NCBI GenBank assembly: GCA_002256025.1
Contig: NKIB01015287.1
Location: 1-36,756 of the forward strand
Origin: Asterionella formosa
Taxonomy: Eukaryota
Direction of reading: 5' to 3'
Length of the DNA: 36,756 nucleotides
In this document: piece after piece, positions 32,361 through 36,756 of the stretch
Position numbering within the stretch: the stretch's first letter is position 1
Layout: each line of letters opens with the position of its first letter
Notes under the pieces: model-generated
The model's input: only the letters and a program-made list of their open reading frames with translations
Database searches by the model: none
What the model was told of the DNA's origin: nothing
Program-made: the position numbers and the translations under genes

Positions 32361-32482
32361 CAGGGGGGTCCAGCAACTATACTGTAGGGGCTTTTTAAAA
32401 TTTCGTTGCTGTAGTACTATAGTACTTTTTTCGTAGACTCACTCACCTGTTTACTATATACTTCAGTGTCCTAGACCCCCCC
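32361..32482. mobile_element. Probable ~120-bp MITE with TA flanks
   Basis: TA|CAGGGGGGTCCAG ... CTAGACCCCCCC|TA, with short imperfect inverted ends. Confidence 0.5.
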
Positions 32483-32497
32483 TATGGTGGTTGCTAT

Positions 32498-33656
32498 GGT
32501 AGCGCACGTTTTATGCGCACCTTTTCAGTTTCGAAGCACTCCCAATTGATCATTTCATGCCTGCCGGACGAGATAGGCCAGCTTTCGATGAAAATAATAT
32601 TCTTTATGTAATTTAGGAAAACGCTACTTGTAATGACCGATGACAATGCGCAGAGTGAGTCTCTGAAGATGACTCGGATTTGCTGACTGAATGAACATGT
32701 TCAGCAAACCGTCTTATAGTAGCTTCAGAATCCAAATAGGAATCCTACATTTCTACAATAATAGCTTGCTGACAATGACTGAAATTTGATGACTATGACT
32801 AGGATTTGCTGACAATTACTAAAATTTGCTGACTACCACTAAAACTTGCTAACAGCGACGACTCAATTTGCTGACAACGATTGGAACTTGCGAATAAGAA
32901 TAGATTTTCTGAATGACCCTTACTAGTATCACGCCTATGAAGTATATGCATGAACAAACACAACCACTACCCCTTGATTGCCTTGCCAATACTCCAAATA
33001 AGCATATGTAACATCATATCTATATACATGGTCACAGTCATTATCACGCCAGATGCAAGAGACTACCGGCCGGGGTACCGCGCTCTACTACTACCAGTAT
33101 TTGCAATATCAAACATATATCCCATATGACTAATATACTATGGCTACGTAGGATACTGGTATATATTTTCAGGGTACCTGAGGTAGCCCTTATACAAGCT
33201 AGTATAAAATTATTTAGCTTACATGTTGAGATTTCATTCTGTATATAAAACACTTGAGTGTAGTTCTTGTGCACGGATGGAGAATCCTGCATCATGCCAT
33301 CTCCGCCTTGACCATGACGAAAATAACGAATTTCTCCATGAAAAATGAAAACGACACTATGATATCTGGTAAATATATCCAACACAACATAGATAATACA
33401 ATTGTAAAAAAATTGTAATAACACTAATATTGATAACGAAAATTGAAGTCGCCTTACCAATGTAGGTGAACACAGTTTCGATGATCAGAACACAACTTGG
33501 ATTTCATGAATGATAATTTAATATTGAAGAAAGATACTTAAGAAACTTTGGAATGAAAAGCCAGTCTATTTTGTCTGGCAGGCATGAGACAATCCATTGG
33601 GAGTGCGTTGATACTGTAAACATGCCCATAAAACGTGTGATACCAGACCTCCCTGG
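32498..33656. mobile_element. Family T1 copy B, lacking about 400 bp present in copy A
   Basis: Same TIRs (GGTAGCGCACGTTTTATGCG... / ...CATAAAACGTGTGATACCAGACCTCCCTGG) and a colinear interior. It lacks the segment corresponding to about 26155..26540 of copy A. Confidence 0.85.
32761..32891 (+). repeat. 20-bp tandem repeat array in T1 copy B, about 6 copies
   Basis: TTGCTGACAATGACTGAAAT / TTGATGACTATGACTAGGAT / TTGCTGACAATTACTAAAAT / TTGCTGACTACCACTAAAAC ... Confidence 0.85.
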
Positions 33657-34396
33657 ACCGCAAGGAACATTTTTTTCGAGGAAGTACCAACACCCAATAA
33701 TTTTCTAGTCATGGACAAATTAACGTGCGTTAATTCTGTTGGCCCTTTTGGGCATGGGAATATGATTATTTGGCTGAAAAATGCGATTCTTTTTTATAGG
33801 TAATTGAAACACTAGTACAGTAGACCCTACCACTACTAGTGGTTGTGAGCAGGGATTTGACGGAAACTCCAAATCACAAATAGTTACGTAAAAAAATTGT
33901 TTTATTCAAAATTGACCTTGCATCACTTTTTTCAAAAAGACCGCAGAAAAACATCACATATCCAGGTTTTCCGTTCTTTTGCAGTCTTTCGCGAACTTCA
34001 TGTTCCTTTGCAGTCTTTTAAGGTGTTTTCGTTTGAACTCTCTCAGTGTGATACTGCTAGTCATGTTCAGCTAGTTGATTCAGCAAATTGCTGTCAGTTA
34101 GTTGATAAGAATAATGGCTTTTCTAAATTCACTTGAGCAAGTTTGAGATTGAAAGCCAACTTATCCCAACTAGCAGACATGGCACGAACAATTGGGAATG
34201 AGTCAACATTGAAAAGGTTTTGCATAGACCATGTGTTACTGAACCTTCCAGGATACTGTCCCAAGTGGAGTTAGCCAACATGATGATCATGTAACATATG
34301 TAAATACGCAAAGACCTCTAATAACTGGGTACAATATGGAAAGGTTCTGGTATTGTCTAATTAATATATTCACAATTTTCGATAATGTAGTCATTA

Positions 34397-36319
34397 TTAT
34401 GGGCATCCGCACTTTGCTTGATTTTCAGGTAGGTGAACAGCAATGCATTGCATACTATCCGGTGGGACAAAAACAGCATATATGTAGATGTCTCCACAAA
34501 GAAAGCCATCTCCGGCATCTGAGATGAAGACAGAAAAGTTACTAGGACGCCCTCCATTAAGGCACACTATACACCCTGAGGAGGAAGTGCCGACAGTTTG
34601 GTTAGTCGGAGAAGAAGTTTTGATTTGCACTGGAGCATGAGTAACTGGTGAACGAGTATGCGGTTGATGAGTGACTGGGGCTTGAGTCACTGGAGCCCGC
34701 GTAACTGGGGCGCGAGTAACTGGGGCTTTAGTAACTGGAGCTTCAGTAACCGGAGCCCGTGTCACTGGGGCTTTAGTCACAGGAGCTCGAGTAATTGGAG
34801 CTGGAGTAACTGGTGCTGGAGTTACTGGAGCGGGAGTAACTGGAGCAGGAGTCACTGGAGCAGGAGTAACTGGAGCAGGAGTAACTGGAGCAGGAGTAAC
34901 TGGTGCAGGAGTAACTGGTGCAGGAGTAACTGGTGCAGGAGTAACTGGTGCAGGAGTACCTGGTGCAGGAGTACCTGGTGCAGGAGTAACTGGAGCTGGA
35001 ATAACTGGAGCTGGAGTAATTGGAGCTGGAATAACTGGAGCTGGAGTAACTGGAGCAGGAGTAATTGGAGCAAGAATAACTGGAGCAGGAGTAATTGGAG
35101 CGGGAATAACTGGAGCGGGTGCAACTTGAACAATTGGAGCGGGAGTAACTTGAATAGGAGTAATTGGTGGTGAAGGACGTGGTGGGTACGGGTCAGGTTC
35201 GCCATCACAGCAGACGCCCCTGTACTCCCCTTGGTAAAAGGTACATTGTTTTGCACCAGAATTCGCCTGTGCCGTTGCAAAGTATTCAATGAATCCACAG
35301 CTGTGTCCAAACGACGGAACATAGATGTTAGGGTCTGACAGAGAATTCCCTGCTCCACAGATATGGCAATAATCAGTCGTAGCAGGGTTGCATCCACAGT
35401 CTCGGCCAGCAATGGCTTGGGCAGCCGGGCAATCCAATTGCGCAATGTTATCCAAAGCAAACTGGTCCAAGGCGCACGTTCCATCAACTTTGGTAAAGTT
35501 AGATGATCTGCTCAAGTCAAAATAGCCCCCGTCTTCACATAACGTACAGTCTGGAGCAGCGCTTGGGCAGCCACATGCCCACTGGTCGTAACTATTTGTA
35601 TTGTTGTCGCAGGAGGCAATTGGCCAGAAAGCAGCCACGCTGTCGGCATTTAGACAATAGTCGGTTATGTCCGGAACACGGGTTTCACCACGGGCAGCAC
35701 CACCGTTACATATCGAGCACTGCTCTCCCGTGCTGATACCAGGGCACTCGCACAGGGATGGAAGGCCACTGTCTTGTTTCCCGGCACATTCAGCGCTGTC
35801 GATAGCAAATGTGCGAAGGAAGGTATCATAGCCTCCACATGTATTATAGACACCAATTGCTTTCGAAGGGTTTCCAACCGAATTGCCGTCAGGACAAATG
35901 GAACAAGGTACTGTAGTGCCGGGGCATCCACAGACTGATTGAATGTCCACGTGACTGGCAAAATCTGCCAAATTGGCTGTGCATTCTTGCTCTGTGGTCG
36001 AGAAAAGGGCAGCGAATTCAATATTATTGCAAGTAGCAATGTTGGCATCACCGTACGGATTCGGCGGCGATCCATCGGAGCAAACATTGCATTTATACGA
36101 AGTTTCCTCCGCAAAGCACCCACAGAGCGTCGGATAGGTCCCTTGCTGGAACTGGGTGCAACCATCGGCACTCATCGACGGAAGCAACGCAATGACTTGT
36201 TGGCAAGTGCTTGCGAGGACTGCGTCTGCCGGGAGAGGAGGAGTACTTCCATCAGGGCACAAAGTACATTGCGAAGTGACAGAGGCCACGAGAGCTAGAT
36301 AAGAGAGGATGCGGAACAT
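34397..36319 (-). CDS. Secreted Cys-rich modular protein (7 CxxCxxG...CGC modules) with a long (T/I)PAPV pentapeptide stalk; probable cell-wall or extracellular glycoprotein
   Basis: ATG at 36319 gives the signal peptide MFRILSYLALVASVTS. Modules begin CTLCPDG, CNVCSDG, CSICPDG, CSICNGG, CTLCEDG, CHICGAG and, after the stalk, CIVCLNG. No TM segment or GPI-like tail. Confidence 0.85.
   Translation of the reverse strand: MFRILSYLALVASVTSQCTLCPDGSTPPLPADAVLASTCQQVIALLPSMSADGCTQFQQGTYPTLCGCFAEETSYKCNVCSDGSPPNPYGDANIATCNNIEFAALFSTTEQECTANLADFASHVDIQSVCGCPGTTVPCSICPDGNSVGNPSKAIGVYNTCGGYDTFLRTFAIDSAECAGKQDSGLPSLCECPGISTGEQCSICNGGAARGETRVPDITDYCLNADSVAAFWPIASCDNNTNSYDQWACGCPSAAPDCTLCEDGGYFDLSRSSNFTKVDGTCALDQFALDNIAQLDCPAAQAIAGRDCGCNPATTDYCHICGAGNSLSDPNIYVPSFGHSCGFIEYFATAQANSGAKQCTFYQGEYRGVCCDGEPDPYPPRPSPPITPIQVTPAPIVQVAPAPVIPAPITPAPVILAPITPAPVTPAPVIPAPITPAPVIPAPVTPAPGTPAPGTPAPVTPAPVTPAPVTPAPVTPAPVTPAPVTPAPVTPAPVTPAPVTPAPVTPAPITRAPVTKAPVTRAPVTEAPVTKAPVTRAPVTRAPVTQAPVTHQPHTRSPVTHAPVQIKTSSPTNQTVGTSSSGCIVCLNGGRPSNFSVFISDAGDGFLCGDIYIYAVFVPPDSMQCIAVHLPENQAKCGCP
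34628..35165 (-). repeat. Coding 15-bp tandem repeat (about 35 units) encoding TPAPV/TRAPV
   Basis: GGAGTAACTGG(A/T)GCA units on the + strand. Confidence 0.95.
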
Positions 36320-36626
36320 CAGTCCTGTTTGCTTTCGAAACAAAAGTCAACCCGAATGCCGATAACAAAGCAATTGGAAGATTGAAATGCTGGCAGCGAT
36401 GTGAGAATATATGTCATTGAATGCTAACGATTGCAGCCGTGGTGTGCAACTCCCACCACCAATCTTGAAACAAGCCATCCGTCAATACTGTGCAGGTAAG
36501 TGCTCGAAATTATCGCCAAAAATGATCTCGCCAACTACAAAAAATGAAGAATTTCAAATGGAATCCAACTTTTATTGTAATTCCATTCTTGCGAGTATCC
36601 TTACATAAATGATTAGACTCAAAGGA

Positions 36627-36724
36627 CCAGCACCAAGTTGCGGTAATTTTGCTGAAACTAAAATTTTAGCTTTCTTTATCATAGATTAAATGTTAGTTAA
36701 AGCAAAATGACCGCAACTTGCAGG
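36627..36724. mobile_element. ~98-bp MITE, family M1 copy 2
   Basis: CCAGCACCAAGTTGCGGTAATTTTGCTGAAACTAA...AGCAAAATGACCGCAACTTGCAGG, colinear with 8556..8653. The flanks here are GA/TC rather than TA. Confidence 0.8.
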
Positions 36725-36756
36725 TCCGGAGGATGTACCGGTATACATTAAGCTAA

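Noticed and set aside
33044..33460. 138-aa ORF in T1 copy B as a transposase
   Set aside because: It has no ATG start and no DDE or zinc-finger motif, and the frame is not preserved in copy A.
34658..35487. ORFs with WSRSN and LLLQ repeats
   Set aside because: They are alternative-frame and antisense shadows of the 15-bp coding repeat in the PAPVT gene.

Overview
Eukaryotic nuclear DNA, very probably from a diatom. The evidence is bipartite signal + ASAF-type plastid targeting peptides, short GT-AG introns, a GUN4 gene, a helicase-associated-repeat protein and a copia gag relic. I can support 12 protein-coding genes: an AA12-like PQQ sugar dehydrogenase, a plastid rubredoxin-like protein, a lumenal FKBP, a divergent SDR-like protein, a bacterial-type CoA-disulfide reductase-rhodanese, a CinA/PncC-NudC fusion, an FHA-WDR70 fusion, an 8x HA-repeat protein, GUN4, an alpha/beta hydrolase, coronin and a Cys-rich PAPVT-repeat secreted protein. 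The spacers hold several non-autonomous DNA transposon and MITE families. The most unusual signal is the many intergenic TA-CCGG-TA / TA-CCWGG-TA motifs, often stacked. Comparing paralogous repeat copies shows them as insertions at a TA, consistent with accumulated transposon excision footprints. All family assignments come from recognising motifs by eye; no searches were run.
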